In this document: positions 9,722 through 19,089 of the stretch, one piece after another
Layout of the letters: the number at the start of each line of letters is the position of its first letter
Numbering within the stretch: position 1 is the stretch's first letter
Program-made: the position numbers and the translations under genes
Assembly (NCBI GenBank): GCA_034667725.1
Contig: JAXDQS010000005.1
Span: 96,001-160,000 of the forward strand
Direction of reading: 5' to 3'
Length of the DNA: 64,000 bases
Source of the DNA: Thermoplasmata archaeon
Lineage (GTDB): Archaea > Thermoplasmatota > E2 > JACPAO01 > JAHFTW01
The notes under the pieces: model-generated
What the model saw: the letters and a program-made list of their open reading frames with translations, nothing else
Databases searched by the model: none
Told to the model about the DNA's origin: nothing

Positions 9722-10629
9722 GCGGCAAGGCCCGCGAGCACCAGCCAGAGCGGGGCCGCCGGGCTGTCCTTCGGCGCGACGGCGGGGCTGGCCGGGCCCG
9801 GAGCGGGCGTCGTCGCGGCCGGGGTGGTGCGTGCGGGCTCCTCGGCGGCGGGGGCCGGCGCCGGCTCGCTCGTGGGCGGCGCCTGGGTCTCGGCCGGCGG
9901 GGGCGGGGCCTGGGCGACGGCGGCCGCCAAGGCGGGCAGCAGCAGGTCGGCGGCGTAGCCGGCGTCGGGCATCCGGTCCCAGCCGTCGGGCGCGAAGCCC
10001 GCCTGCGTGGGGCGCGGCACGCCGCTGCACGGCGACAGCACCGTGCCGTAGGTCGGGACGGCCGGCAGCTCGCTCTGGGTCTGGCAGGCCTGCGGCGAGT
10101 CGTAGGCGAACGCCCGCGTGACCCGGTAGCCCGTCGCGGTGGTCTCGGGCATGTTCAGGATGGCGTGGTCGCGCGGGACCGAGAACAGGACCACGTTCCC
10201 GTCCACCGTGACGGTGGGCGCGCCGTCGAAGGCCAGCACGTCCTCGTCGTCGATCCAGCCCATCTGGGCGCGCAGGGCGGGATCCTCGGCGCCATGCCGG
10301 TACACCACGTAGGAGGTGTTGTAGCCGGCCTGGGCGGGGGCGGGCGCGCCGTCGTCGCGCTCGACCCGGAACTCGACGCGGAACGACACGGTGGCGCTGG
10401 CGCAGCCGTCCGGGCAGGCGGACTGGTCGGCGGGCGGCTCGGGGAGGGCCTTCACCTGGAGCGCGACCTGGAGGTGGGTGGCGTTGGCGGCGAGCCAGAG
10501 CTTCTGGAGGTCCATGCTGTCGTGGCCGGCGTCGTCGTCGGGGTCGGTGGCGTTGGGGTCCCCGTCGGGGGCGGCAAGGGCTGCTGGCAGGGCAAGCAGG
10601 AGGCCCAAGAGCAGGGCGATGCGGCGCAT
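9646..10629 (-). CDS. Secreted protein with Pro/Ala linker and C-terminal anchor
   Basis: Signal peptide; DPDDDA acidic motif; tail SPAAPLWLVLAGLAA..KRR. Confidence 0.7.
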   Translation of the reverse strand: MRRIALLLGLLLALPAALAAPDGDPNATDPDDDAGHDSMDLQKLWLAANATHLQVALQVKALPEPPADQSACPDGCASATVSFRVEFRVERDDGAPAPAQAGYNTSYVVYRHGAEDPALRAQMGWIDDEDVLAFDGAPTVTVDGNVVLFSVPRDHAILNMPETTATGYRVTRAFAYDSPQACQTQSELPAVPTYGTVLSPCSGVPRPTQAGFAPDGWDRMPDAGYAADLLLPALAAAVAQAPPPPAETQAPPTSEPAPAPAAEEPARTTPAATTPAPGPASPAVAPKDSPAAPLWLVLAGLAAQASLKRRTVSSSKASRSEMATSML

Positions 10630-10741
10630 GGCAGGGACGCGGCGCGGGGAGTATTTGTGGAGCCTGGCCGCTTCGCTGGAAGGTTCGGGGAAGCGACAAG
10701 AGCGGAAGGAGGGAAGGAGGGAGGAAGGAGAAGGGGCCGGG

Positions 10742-11980
10742 CTACGCGAGGCGGCGGCGGGTCACGAAGACCATCGCGGCCAGCATCGTGACCAGCTCGA
10801 CCAGCGGCATGTCCGGCGAGTCCTGGCTGGACTGGGTGCCGCCGTCCGTGATGTCGAACGACGCCGTCGTGCTGGTGTCGCTGCCGCCGGTGCCGCCGGT
10901 CCCGCCCGTGCCGCCGGTGCCGCCCGGGCCGCCGGTGCCCGACACGGTCTTGGGGGCCACGTTGAGCTTCATGACGCCCTTGAAGTTGGTGTACTTCAGG
11001 GTGATGTGGAACAGGCCGGCCTTGGCGGGGACGCTCTGGGGCGTGGTCGAGGTGGCGTTCTTGTTGAGGGTGCCCGAGGCCAGCGTCTTGTTGGTGCTGT
11101 CCTTGATGGTGTAGGTCACGGTGCCGTTCGCGACCGTCGCGTTGTAGGACACGTCGACCACGGTGGCCGTCGAGGTCCAGTTGTAGACGTAGGTGTCCGA
11201 CGACGGGCTGGTGAAGGTGTGCGTGATCGCGACCGCGCTGCCGGTGGCGTTCTGGTAGATGGTCTTGGTGCCGGTCGGGACCACGGTGCCGGACTGGTAG
11301 GTGAAGGTCACGGCCGACGCGTAGTCGGGGCTGTCGTAGTAGAACAGCCAGGTGGGGCCGCCGAGGACGGTGTCGACCTCGACCTCGACCGTCAGCTTGG
11401 AGGTGGCGGGGACCACCAGGTTGCCGGAGGGCGACAGCACGACGCCGAGGTCCGCGCTGGAGGCGTCGGGCGTCTGGTCGTCGATGAACTGGTTGATGGC
11501 CACCTGGGCGTCCTTGCACTGCGGCGCGTTGGCGGGCAGGTCAAGGTCGTTGGTGAGGCGGGAGCCGACGGTGGCGCCGTCCAGCTTGACCGTCACGAGG
11601 ACGCGGGGGACGAAGGCCGACTGGGTGGTCTCGCTGACGCAGTAGTGGACGGTGAAGGCGTCGGTCTCGGGGCCGGAGGTGCTGAAGTCGCCGTCGCCGA
11701 TCTCGCCGGACTGGGCGAAGCCGTCCTTCATGGGGAAGACGACGGGGTTCTCGACGATGCCGGCGCCGGCGCTGTGGGAGACGATGATGCGAGGCTCGCT
11801 GCCCGAGGGGGCCGTGGCGTCCAGCCAGGTGTCGCCCGCCGCGGCGGTGTTGTCGAACACCGGCTCGGTGCCGTGGAAGTACAGCGTCATGGCCGTGCCG
11901 GCTTGGGCCGTGGCCGTCGGGACAGGTGCGGCCGCCAAGGCGGCCAGGACAAGCATGGAAGCAACCAGCGTTCCTCGCAT
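10742..11980 (-). CDS. Secreted/cell-surface protein with C-terminal TM anchor
   Basis: Signal peptide, Thr/Ser-rich beta domains, (GGT)n linker, tail SPDMPLVELVTMLAAMVFVTRRR. Confidence 0.8.
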   Translation of the reverse strand: MRGTLVASMLVLAALAAAPVPTATAQAGTAMTLYFHGTEPVFDNTAAAGDTWLDATAPSGSEPRIIVSHSAGAGIVENPVVFPMKDGFAQSGEIGDGDFSTSGPETDAFTVHYCVSETTQSAFVPRVLVTVKLDGATVGSRLTNDLDLPANAPQCKDAQVAINQFIDDQTPDASSADLGVVLSPSGNLVVPATSKLTVEVEVDTVLGGPTWLFYYDSPDYASAVTFTYQSGTVVPTGTKTIYQNATGSAVAITHTFTSPSSDTYVYNWTSTATVVDVSYNATVANGTVTYTIKDSTNKTLASGTLNKNATSTTPQSVPAKAGLFHITLKYTNFKGVMKLNVAPKTVSGTGGPGGTGGTGGTGGTGGSDTSTTASFDITDGGTQSSQDSPDMPLVELVTMLAAMVFVTRRRLA

Positions 11981-12038
11981 GGGCCATCGACCAACCCTCG
12001 GTGCTGATAGACGTTGCGTCGCGGCGGCCGCCGCCCGA

Positions 12039-13199
12039 TCACACCGTCAGGCGGTGCTGCACGACCACGCTGGCCACCGCGAAGGCCGCCGCCCCGATCC
12101 GGGCCTCGCCCTGCGCCTGGGTCATGCGCGGCCCGGTGATGGCAAGGCCCACCGGCCGGTCGAACCGCAGCGCCAGGTCCACCAGGGCGCGGGCGGTGGC
12201 GTCGGCGATGACGACGTCGTGGCCGGTCTCGCCCTGGATGATGCAGCCGATCACCACGACGGCGTCCACGTCGGCGCGCTGCAGCAGGCGCTGGACGGCA
12301 AGCGGCGTGTCGAAGGCGCCCGGCACCTTGGCGTGCGCCACGACGACGGCGCCCAGCCGCTCGGCCTCCTCCTTGGCGGCCGCCGCCATGGCCGACGTGA
12401 TGCCGAGGTTGAACTCGGCCTGCACGAGGCCGATGCGGCAGGCCTTGCCCGGGTCGGGGGCGGGGCGGGGCGCGTCGCTCGTGTGCGGCTGGCGCGCGGC
12501 GGCGGCCTTGGGCGGGCCCGGCAAGGCGGGCGGGACCTCGGGGATCGGGGCGAACAGGTCGTCGTCCTCGTGGTGCACGACCGTCTGGAGCGGCCCGTTG
12601 GCCGTCGGGTTGGACATGACGGCGCCCCGGCTGGCGGCGGCGACGTCGCTGGCGGCGTCCAGGAGGGCCTGGTCGTCCTCCACCTGGGCTTCCTGGGTGG
12701 CCGGGCGGTCGGGGCGGGGCGGCAGCACGCCGAAGCGGCGCGGGGTGGCGACCTGGATGTCGGGCTCCTTCCACTTGGCCAGGATGTCCTGGGCCTTGGG
12801 CTGGGGCGGCGGGTCGGCACGCAGGCCGCGCCCGGTGCGCGGGTGGACGTCGAGGTCGGGCCGGCGGTACTCCTCGAACAGGGCGTCCTCCGTGACCTTG
12901 ACGGCAGGCGCGCCCTCCGCGGGCTGGGCGGGCTGCTGGCCCGGCAGCGCCGGCACCGGCCAGTCGCGCGCCGCCGCTGGCTGGGCGCGGGGAATCTCGG
13001 GCACGCCGAGGCCCTTGGCGAGGTTGGCCTTGGTGAGCGGGACGTTGGGGTCCGGCGGCGGGAACTGGTAGCCGGCCGCGCGCAAGCCCTTGGCGCGAGG
13101 GACGGGGTTGCCCTGCTCGTCGGTGCGCGGCGGGGCGGTGTACTCCTCGAACTCCTCGGTCGCATCGACCTTCGGCTCGTTCGGCTCCGCCATGGGCAT
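12039..13199 (-). CDS. ribH: 6,7-dimethyl-8-ribityllumazine synthase with long Pro-rich N-terminal extension
   Basis: C-terminal about 135 aa: RIGLVQAEFN, VPGAFDTP, GCIIQGETGHD, PVGLAITGP. Confidence 0.88.
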   Translation of the reverse strand: MPMAEPNEPKVDATEEFEEYTAPPRTDEQGNPVPRAKGLRAAGYQFPPPDPNVPLTKANLAKGLGVPEIPRAQPAAARDWPVPALPGQQPAQPAEGAPAVKVTEDALFEEYRRPDLDVHPRTGRGLRADPPPQPKAQDILAKWKEPDIQVATPRRFGVLPPRPDRPATQEAQVEDDQALLDAASDVAAASRGAVMSNPTANGPLQTVVHHEDDDLFAPIPEVPPALPGPPKAAAARQPHTSDAPRPAPDPGKACRIGLVQAEFNLGITSAMAAAAKEEAERLGAVVVAHAKVPGAFDTPLAVQRLLQRADVDAVVVIGCIIQGETGHDVVIADATARALVDLALRFDRPVGLAITGPRMTQAQGEARIGAAAFAVASVVVQHRLTV

Positions 13200-13254
13200 C
13201 CCAGTTGCGGGGCACGGTTTCCACTAATGAATGCTTTTGGACCGGGCCATGGAC

Positions 13255-15123
13255 CTAATTCAGGCCCTCGGCGGTGCCCAGGCGCACGACGATGGTCGGG
13301 CCGGTCGGCAGCCAGAGGTCGCAGCGGAACGTGGCGCCGGGCAAGAGGGGCGGGAAGGCGCACGTGTCACGGGCCATCGCCGTCTCGCCGGTCTCGTCCG
13401 CCTGCATGAAGGCCAAGAGCTCGCCGCGCAGCGTGTCGCGGCGGCCGGTGTTGGCGACCTCGACCGAGAGGTGCTGCACGCCGTTCTCGTCCTCGACGGG
13501 GTCCAGGTCGAGGGTCAGCTTGGTGCGCGAGGAGACGTCGACCGGCTCGGGGCGGGGGCGCTTGGGGTCGGGCAGCCCGAGGGCGGGGCCGCCGGGCGTG
13601 GGCTCGGCCTGCCAGTAGCGGACGTTCTGGAGGCTGACGGTGCCGCCGGGCGAGGTGCCGTTGAGGGCGACGCCGACGGAGGTGTGGCGGTCGCCGCGCA
13701 GCAGGATGACGTCCTGGCCGAGCGCGTCGAGCAGGGAGGCCAGCAGGACCGCGTTGTCCTCGGAGTCGCCGCCGTCGGCCGCCAGCGTCATGGCGGGGCT
13801 GCGCAGGAAGCGGTCGTCGGGGCGCGAGGCCGGGAAGCCGTCCTTGAGGGACTGGACGAACGAGAGCGCGAGGGCCGCCAGCTCGGGGTCGGTCATGCCT
13901 TCCGCGTCCGCGACCTCGAGGAGCTGGTCGGCGACCTGGCCGACGACGGTGGCGGTGCGGGCGTCGTGGATCAAGAGGTCGTAGGCCGGGCCCAAGGCGT
14001 TGCGCGGGATGATGCGGGCCTCGTCGCGGCGCAGCAAGGCGTCGGGGATGCTGGCCGTCACCTTGCGGGCGGTGCCGGCGTGGGTCCAGGAGTAGCTCTT
14101 CTCGACGACGTTCGGGTCCTCGTCGATCACGGGCGGGATGGCCTCGTCGGCCAGGTAGTCCTGGAGGAGCGTGACGTTGGTGCGGCTCCAGTTGTCGTAG
14201 ACCCGGAACTGGCTGGCCTCGCCGTAGGTGACGAACCAGACGTCGCCGTCGTCGACGATGCCGGCCTTGCCGAGGTCGACGACCTCGATGGTGCCGGCGG
14301 CGGTCTCGGAGCGGGTGGGCATGGGGACGCTCTGGGCGACGCTGCCGTCGGTGGCCAGGAAGCGGAAGCGCAGGTCGCTGTAGCGGCTGCCGGGGCTGAT
14401 GGGCTGGATGCGCAGCGCGTGGGTGTCGCCGACCACGATCTCCACGTAGCGCAGGAAGGCTTCCGGCTTGGAGGCCACGGGGACGTCGGGCAGGGCCGGC
14501 TTGGCGCTGTATTTGACGGACCCGCTGGTCTCGGAGGCGCTCTCGGTGAAGGTGGCCTCCAGGAAGGTGCCGTTGTCGCCAAAGCGCCAGCGCTCGCGGA
14601 TGCCGCCCGATTCGCGCAGCAGCACGTGGACGGTCTTGCCGGCCTCCTGCACGCAGGTGGCGGCGAACAGGTGGCTCGGGGTGCCGAAGAAGCTGCTGGC
14701 GTCGCTGTCGGCCAGCCCGCCCAGGGCGTAGTCGTGCAGGCGCTGGGAGAACGCCGGGTCGGCCAGGTCGCGGTGGCGGGTGGCGTTGCCGGTGGCGTTG
14801 ACGGAGTAGAACTCGTTGCCGTAGACGAAGTCGGTGCCGTTCTGGTAGGCCCAGCTGAACGCCTCGCGGGCCGGGTCGGCGGCGTAGACGTTGGTGGTGT
14901 TCTTGCCGGCCACGGTGCTGCGCACCTCGAGGGTCCCGCTGGCGAACCGCAGCACGTCGAGGCGGTCCTGCAGCGCGTTCTCGGCCAGGCAGGCCGGCGG
15001 CGCGGCGGTGGTGCTGCTGGACGTGGTGGTGGACGACGAGGCGGTGCTCGAGTCGGGGCCGTCGCCTGAGCAGCCGGCCAGAAGCAGGAGCGCCAGGACG
15101 GCCGTCGTGGGCAGGATGCGCAC
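13255..15123 (-). CDS. Lipoprotein with transglutaminase-like domain
   Basis: Lipobox LLAGC; LSFVQSL..PAMTL..GGDSEDNAVLLASLL..HTSVGV..YWQAEPT. Confidence 0.75.
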   Translation of the reverse strand: MRILPTTAVLALLLLAGCSGDGPDSSTASSSTTTSSSTTAAPPACLAENALQDRLDVLRFASGTLEVRSTVAGKNTTNVYAADPAREAFSWAYQNGTDFVYGNEFYSVNATGNATRHRDLADPAFSQRLHDYALGGLADSDASSFFGTPSHLFAATCVQEAGKTVHVLLRESGGIRERWRFGDNGTFLEATFTESASETSGSVKYSAKPALPDVPVASKPEAFLRYVEIVVGDTHALRIQPISPGSRYSDLRFRFLATDGSVAQSVPMPTRSETAAGTIEVVDLGKAGIVDDGDVWFVTYGEASQFRVYDNWSRTNVTLLQDYLADEAIPPVIDEDPNVVEKSYSWTHAGTARKVTASIPDALLRRDEARIIPRNALGPAYDLLIHDARTATVVGQVADQLLEVADAEGMTDPELAALALSFVQSLKDGFPASRPDDRFLRSPAMTLAADGGDSEDNAVLLASLLDALGQDVILLRGDRHTSVGVALNGTSPGGTVSLQNVRYWQAEPTPGGPALGLPDPKRPRPEPVDVSSRTKLTLDLDPVEDENGVQHLSVEVANTGRRDTLRGELLAFMQADETGETAMARDTCAFPPLLPGATFRCDLWLPTGPTIVVRLGTAEGLN

Positions 15124-15185
15124 GGAGGCACCACAACGGGGTGGTTTTTAGGGTTGGCCAAGCAAAAGCGGCCGGCCGGGGGCGC

Positions 15186-15830
15186 TCAGGCCTTCCCGGG
15201 GCGCAGGTGGGAGCCGTCGCCGCGCCTCGGGTCGGCGGGGCCGGCGTCCTGGAAGCCCTGGCGCTGGCCGGTGCCGGCGCGGGCCACCAGCTCGTGCGGC
15301 CGCTCCACCAGCCAGACGGCGTTGACGGCGTGCTCGGCGGTGCGGTTGCGGGCCACCTCGATGAGCTCGGCGTCGCTCTTGGCCTCGTCCATGTGGACGA
15401 AGACCTCCAGCACGTGCGTGCTCGTCATGAGCTGCGCCTGCGCGATCGCCATCGAGGCCTCGTGGCCGCACTGCTTGTCGATGGGCTCCGGGCCGACCAT
15501 GCCGCAGGCGACGACGATGGCGCAGCCGTCGCGCTCGACCATGCGCTTGGCGGCCACGGCGAGATCCTTGAAGCCAGGCACGGTGCGGCGCAGGATGCGC
15601 GCCTCGGGGATGCCCTGGCCGCGCAGCGCCTCGACCGCCACGGCGCCCATGTCCACGGTGCTGAAGGTGGTGTCCACGACGCCGTAGCGCACCCCGGCGG
15701 GCGGCTTGGACGTCGTCTCCTCGTAGCCGAGCGAGCGCGACTGCGCCGGCTGCGGCCGCTCGGCGCCGCGGTTCACGATGACCTTGGGCTGGGCGCGGTC
15801 CGGGTCGTCGGGTCTCCAGATGAGGCTCAT
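15186..15830 (-). CDS. ribC: Archaeal riboflavin synthase
   Basis: GVVDTTFSTVDMG, TVPGFKDLAVAAK, EVFVHMDE are characteristic of the archaeal pentameric type. Confidence 0.9.
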   Translation of the reverse strand: MSLIWRPDDPDRAQPKVIVNRGAERPQPAQSRSLGYEETTSKPPAGVRYGVVDTTFSTVDMGAVAVEALRGQGIPEARILRRTVPGFKDLAVAAKRMVERDGCAIVVACGMVGPEPIDKQCGHEASMAIAQAQLMTSTHVLEVFVHMDEAKSDAELIEVARNRTAEHAVNAVWLVERPHELVARAGTGQRQGFQDAGPADPRRGDGSHLRPGKA

Positions 15831-15896
15831 CCTGGCTCCGGCCCTTCGACTCGGGGCGGCCGGTTCAAGGTTCCGGATGGCGGCGGGGGGTGCCGC

Positions 15897-16520
15897 TCAG
15901 GTCTGCTGGACCGGGCTCTGGGTGTTGAAGTAACGCGACGCCTGGGGGGACACCACGAGCGCGATGATGATGATGTCCAGGAACAGGTTCACCAGGTCGC
16001 CGTAGGTGCCGTCGACGATGCGGTAGAGCGAGTAGGCGGCCTCGCAGCCGGCGGCCGTGATGAGCGCGATGCGGCTCCAGCCTTGGCGGGACACGGCGCC
16101 GATGCCGCCGAGCACCATGCCGACGGCGAACAGCAGGTTGCCGATGCCGTGGAACATCGCCTTGGTGGCGTAGCTGCCCGTCGAGATGCCGACATCGTTG
16201 ACGTCGCCGGCGAATTCGCTGGTGGTGAACCAGAAGATGGCGGCGATGACGCACATGCCGGCGGCGATGAAGCCGAGCACGGCGGCGGCGGTCACGAGGC
16301 CGGGGCGGGCCCAGCTGGGCTTGGCCTGGACGATGATGGGGGCGGGGCCGCCGAGGGACGCGTAGCCGGGGTCGTAGGCGATCTGGCGCTGGATGGGCTG
16401 GGCGGGGACGGTGCGCACCGCGACCTTGTGGGAGGCCTGCTTGGGGGCGGCGGCCTTGCGCACCGGCGTGGGCTGGGAGGTGGCGGGGCGGGGGCGCTGG
16501 ACAGGAGGTTGGGCAGGCAT
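15897..16520 (-). CDS. Membrane protein (4 TM) with Pro/Lys-rich N-terminus
   Basis: Hydrophobic segments after a disordered N-terminus. Confidence 0.65.
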   Translation of the reverse strand: MPAQPPVQRPRPATSQPTPVRKAAAPKQASHKVAVRTVPAQPIQRQIAYDPGYASLGGPAPIIVQAKPSWARPGLVTAAAVLGFIAAGMCVIAAIFWFTTSEFAGDVNDVGISTGSYATKAMFHGIGNLLFAVGMVLGGIGAVSRQGWSRIALITAAGCEAAYSLYRIVDGTYGDLVNLFLDIIIIALVVSPQASRYFNTQSPVQQT

Positions 16521-16567
16521 CGGCGACGTTGCCCACGTGAGGGGCCCTTTATGGATTTGTCTAGCCG

Positions 16568-16768
16568 TCAGGTGTCTTCCTCGCCGGGGCGAAGGACGTA
16601 CTGGCCGTCGCGCTGCTCCTGGGTGAGGTTCAGCAGCAGCAACAGCACCAGGAACATCACTGTGGGGATCAGCCCGACCACGACGTGGACCGTGGCCGTC
16701 AGCACCACTTGGGCGGACAGGGCGACGGCCAGCAGGGCGAGCAGGAGGTAGGTTCGTTGGCGGTTCAT
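16568..16768 (-). CDS. Small 2-TM membrane protein
   Basis: MNRQRTYLLLALLAVAL...; ATGA overlap with the FAD synthase stop. Confidence 0.6.
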   Translation of the reverse strand: MNRQRTYLLLALLAVALSAQVVLTATVHVVVGLIPTVMFLVLLLLLNLTQEQRDGQYVLRPGEEDT

Positions 16769-17250
16769 GCGGGGCCCTTCCGGTAGAGGCTCTGCTCGGC
16801 GGCGCGCTCGGCGACGCGCTCGATGATCTTGCGGGTGCCGTCCAGGTCGGAGACGACGTGGGGGAGGCGGACGACCTTGCATTTGTGGCCGCGGCGGGCG
16901 CATTCGGCCTCGACGTCGGCCTCGGCGTACTTCTGGTCGTAGCCGAGGGCGACGATGTCGGGGCGGAGCTCGGTGACGATGCGGTAGTAGTCGCCGAGGT
17001 GGCCGAGGACGGCGCGGTCCACGGGCTTGAGGGCCTCGACCATGGCGCGGCGGTGCTCCTCGGGCGTGATGGGGCGGTGCTTCTCCTTCTCGGCGGAGGC
17101 GTCGCGGGCGATGACGACCACGAGCTCGTCGCCGAGCTTCTTGGCCTCCTCCAGCATCCGGAGGTGGCCGGGGTGCAGCAGGTCGAACACGCCGGTCGTC
17201 ATGACGCGGATGTGCGGACGCAGCGCCCCTTCTGGGGTGAGCGCCGTCAC
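16765..17250 (-). CDS. ribL: FAD synthase (archaeal, cytidylyltransferase family)
   Basis: TGVFDLLHPGH, PDIVALGYDQ; located in the riboflavin operon; GTG start overlaps the ribB stop. Confidence 0.88.
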   Translation of the reverse strand: MTALTPEGALRPHIRVMTTGVFDLLHPGHLRMLEEAKKLGDELVVVIARDASAEKEKHRPITPEEHRRAMVEALKPVDRAVLGHLGDYYRIVTELRPDIVALGYDQKYAEADVEAECARRGHKCKVVRLPHVVSDLDGTRKIIERVAERAAEQSLYRKGPA

Positions 17251-17963
17251 GCCACCGGGATTGCCATGCGGCTCGACCATGCGGACAGGACATCCTGGCC
17301 CGTGAGGAACACGAGGCCGTTGCGCTCCGCGTAGGCTTGGGCGTCCTTTTTAGGGAGCGCCCTGCCGCTCTGGGGGTCGAGCATCTCGCAGATGGTGGTG
17401 CTGGGGACGAGGCCGGCCATGCGGGCAAGCTCCAGCGACAGCTCGGTGTGGCCTTGGCGCTTGGTGAGGCCGCCGTCGGCGCCGTTGAGGAGGATGACGT
17501 GGCCGGGGGCGCGGAACGCGGCGCCGAAGCGGGCGCGGGCCTCGGCGTCGGGGAGCCCGGCGAGGCCGCCCAGGAAGCGGGCCAGCTCGGTGATGGTGAG
17601 GCTGCGGTCGGCGTCCGGGATGCCCGTGAACGTCTTGCGGTGGTTCACGGTGAGGCCGAAGCTGGACTTCGAGGCGTCGTAGCGCAGGTCGTGGGCGCGC
17701 ATCTCGGCGAGGACCGGGTGCTGGCGGGCGGCGTCGGCCAAGAGGTCGGCCAGGAACGGCAGGCCCAGCGCCTTGTGGTGCTCGGGGGCGACGGTGGTGC
17801 AGAGCAGGCCGCCCGCCTCGGTGCGCAGCAGGCGGACCAGGTCCGGGGTGGCGTGCTCGCTTGCGACCACCAGGTCGGTCTCGCCTTCGCGGCCGTCGGA
17901 GTCGTAGAGAAGGACGGGACGGCCGGCGCGCAGGTCGCGCAGCGCGGCTTGCAGGATGCTCAC
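17247..17963 (-). CDS. ribB: 3,4-dihydroxy-2-butanone-4-phosphate synthase
   Basis: YDSDGREGETD, TFTGIPDADR, FRAPGHV, RQGHTE, CEML. Confidence 0.93.
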   Translation of the reverse strand: MSILQAALRDLRAGRPVLLYDSDGREGETDLVVASEHATPDLVRLLRTEAGGLLCTTVAPEHHKALGLPFLADLLADAARQHPVLAEMRAHDLRYDASKSSFGLTVNHRKTFTGIPDADRSLTITELARFLGGLAGLPDAEARARFGAAFRAPGHVILLNGADGGLTKRQGHTELSLELARMAGLVPSTTICEMLDPQSGRALPKKDAQAYAERNGLVFLTGQDVLSAWSSRMAIPVA

Positions 17964-18075
17964 AAGTGGCGCATGGCGCCGCGGAATATCAAGAACGGGT
18001 TTCTACCACAAATCGGGTGAGCCGGTCCAGCGGCGTTGCACCGGGGCTGGACTTCTCTCGTGGAGAACGGGAGGC

Positions 18076-18309
18076 TTACGCGGCAGGCGCGGCGTCGAGC
18101 TCGGCGGCCTCGACGGTGGCGGCTTCCCAGTTCTTGCGGTAGGTGGTGACGTACCCCGCGATGCGGTTGCGGAAGACGGTGGTCTTCACGTCGGTGAGCT
18201 GGGCCACGACCTTCTTGTTGTGCTCGAAGTCGCCCGAGAACTGGTCGTTGTACTTCTTGACCAGGTCGATCGCGACGCGCTTGATGTAGGTCTGCCGAAT
18301 GTTGCCCAA
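18076..18309 (-). CDS. rps17e: 30S ribosomal protein S17e
   Basis: [11 protein letters not shown]...FEHNKK...RNRIAGYVT; TTG start. Confidence 0.95.
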   Translation of the reverse strand: MGNIRQTYIKRVAIDLVKKYNDQFSGDFEHNKKVVAQLTDVKTTVFRNRIAGYVTTYRKNWEAATVEAAELDAAPAA

Positions 18310-18383
18310 GTGGTCACCGGTGCAGGTCGGCGTGAGCCGAAGCGGGATATAACGTTGACCGCGGTGGCCGAGGGGGCGGGCGG

Positions 18384-19043
18384 TCAGCCTAGCAACCGCC
18401 CCCCCTCCAACCGCCGCGTCGTGAACCCCGGCCCCGGGAACGCGGGGTCATGCCCCACAACGACCACGGCCGCCCCCGTCGCCGCCGCGTCCTGCACCAT
18501 CTCGGCGACCCGCGCCGTGCTGTCGGCGTCCAGCCCGGTCGAAGGCTCGTCCAGCAGCAGCAACCCCGGCTCGTGCAGCAGCGCGCGCGCCAGCGCCACC
18601 CTGCGCCGCTCGCCGCCCGACATGGCCGCCGGCAGGTGGTGGAGGCGCCGGCCGAGGCCGGCGCGCTCCAACAGCCGGCGCGGGCGGTCGGCGGGCGTGC
18701 CGGGCAGGGCGCGCGCCACCAGCTCCAGGTTCTCCAGGGCGTTGAGGGAAGGGACCAGATGCAGGTCCTGGAACGCGAAGCCCACCCGGCGCAGCCGGAT
18801 GGCGGCGCGCTCGGGCTCGGCAAGGTCGCGCACTTCTTGGCCGTCGAAGGCGTAGCTGCCGTCGTAGCCGGCGTCCAGCAGGCCGAGCACCGCGACCAGG
18901 GTGGACTTGCCGGCGCCGGAGGGGCCGAGGATGCGCAGGCGGTCGCCGGGGGCCACGTCGAGGTCGAGGCCGGCGAGGGCGGCGACGGGGCCGTCGGGGC
19001 CGGGGAAGGTGCGCGCGACCCCGCGCAGCCGGCACGTCGCCAC
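18384..19043 (-). CDS. ABC transporter ATP-binding protein (LolD/MacB type)
   Basis: [29 protein letters not shown]. Confidence 0.88.
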   Translation of the reverse strand: MATCRLRGVARTFPGPDGPVAALAGLDLDVAPGDRLRILGPSGAGKSTLVAVLGLLDAGYDGSYAFDGQEVRDLAEPERAAIRLRRVGFAFQDLHLVPSLNALENLELVARALPGTPADRPRRLLERAGLGRRLHHLPAAMSGGERRRVALARALLHEPGLLLLDEPSTGLDADSTARVAEMVQDAAATGAAVVVVGHDPAFPGPGFTTRRLEGGRLLG

Positions 19044-19089
19044 GCCGCGCCAGCCGGGGCGGTTGGCAAGAACCTTATGATTCCCGTAG

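Noticed and set aside
10880-10945. (GGT)n-coding tandem repeat
   Set aside because: Ordinary Gly/Thr linker within a surface protein
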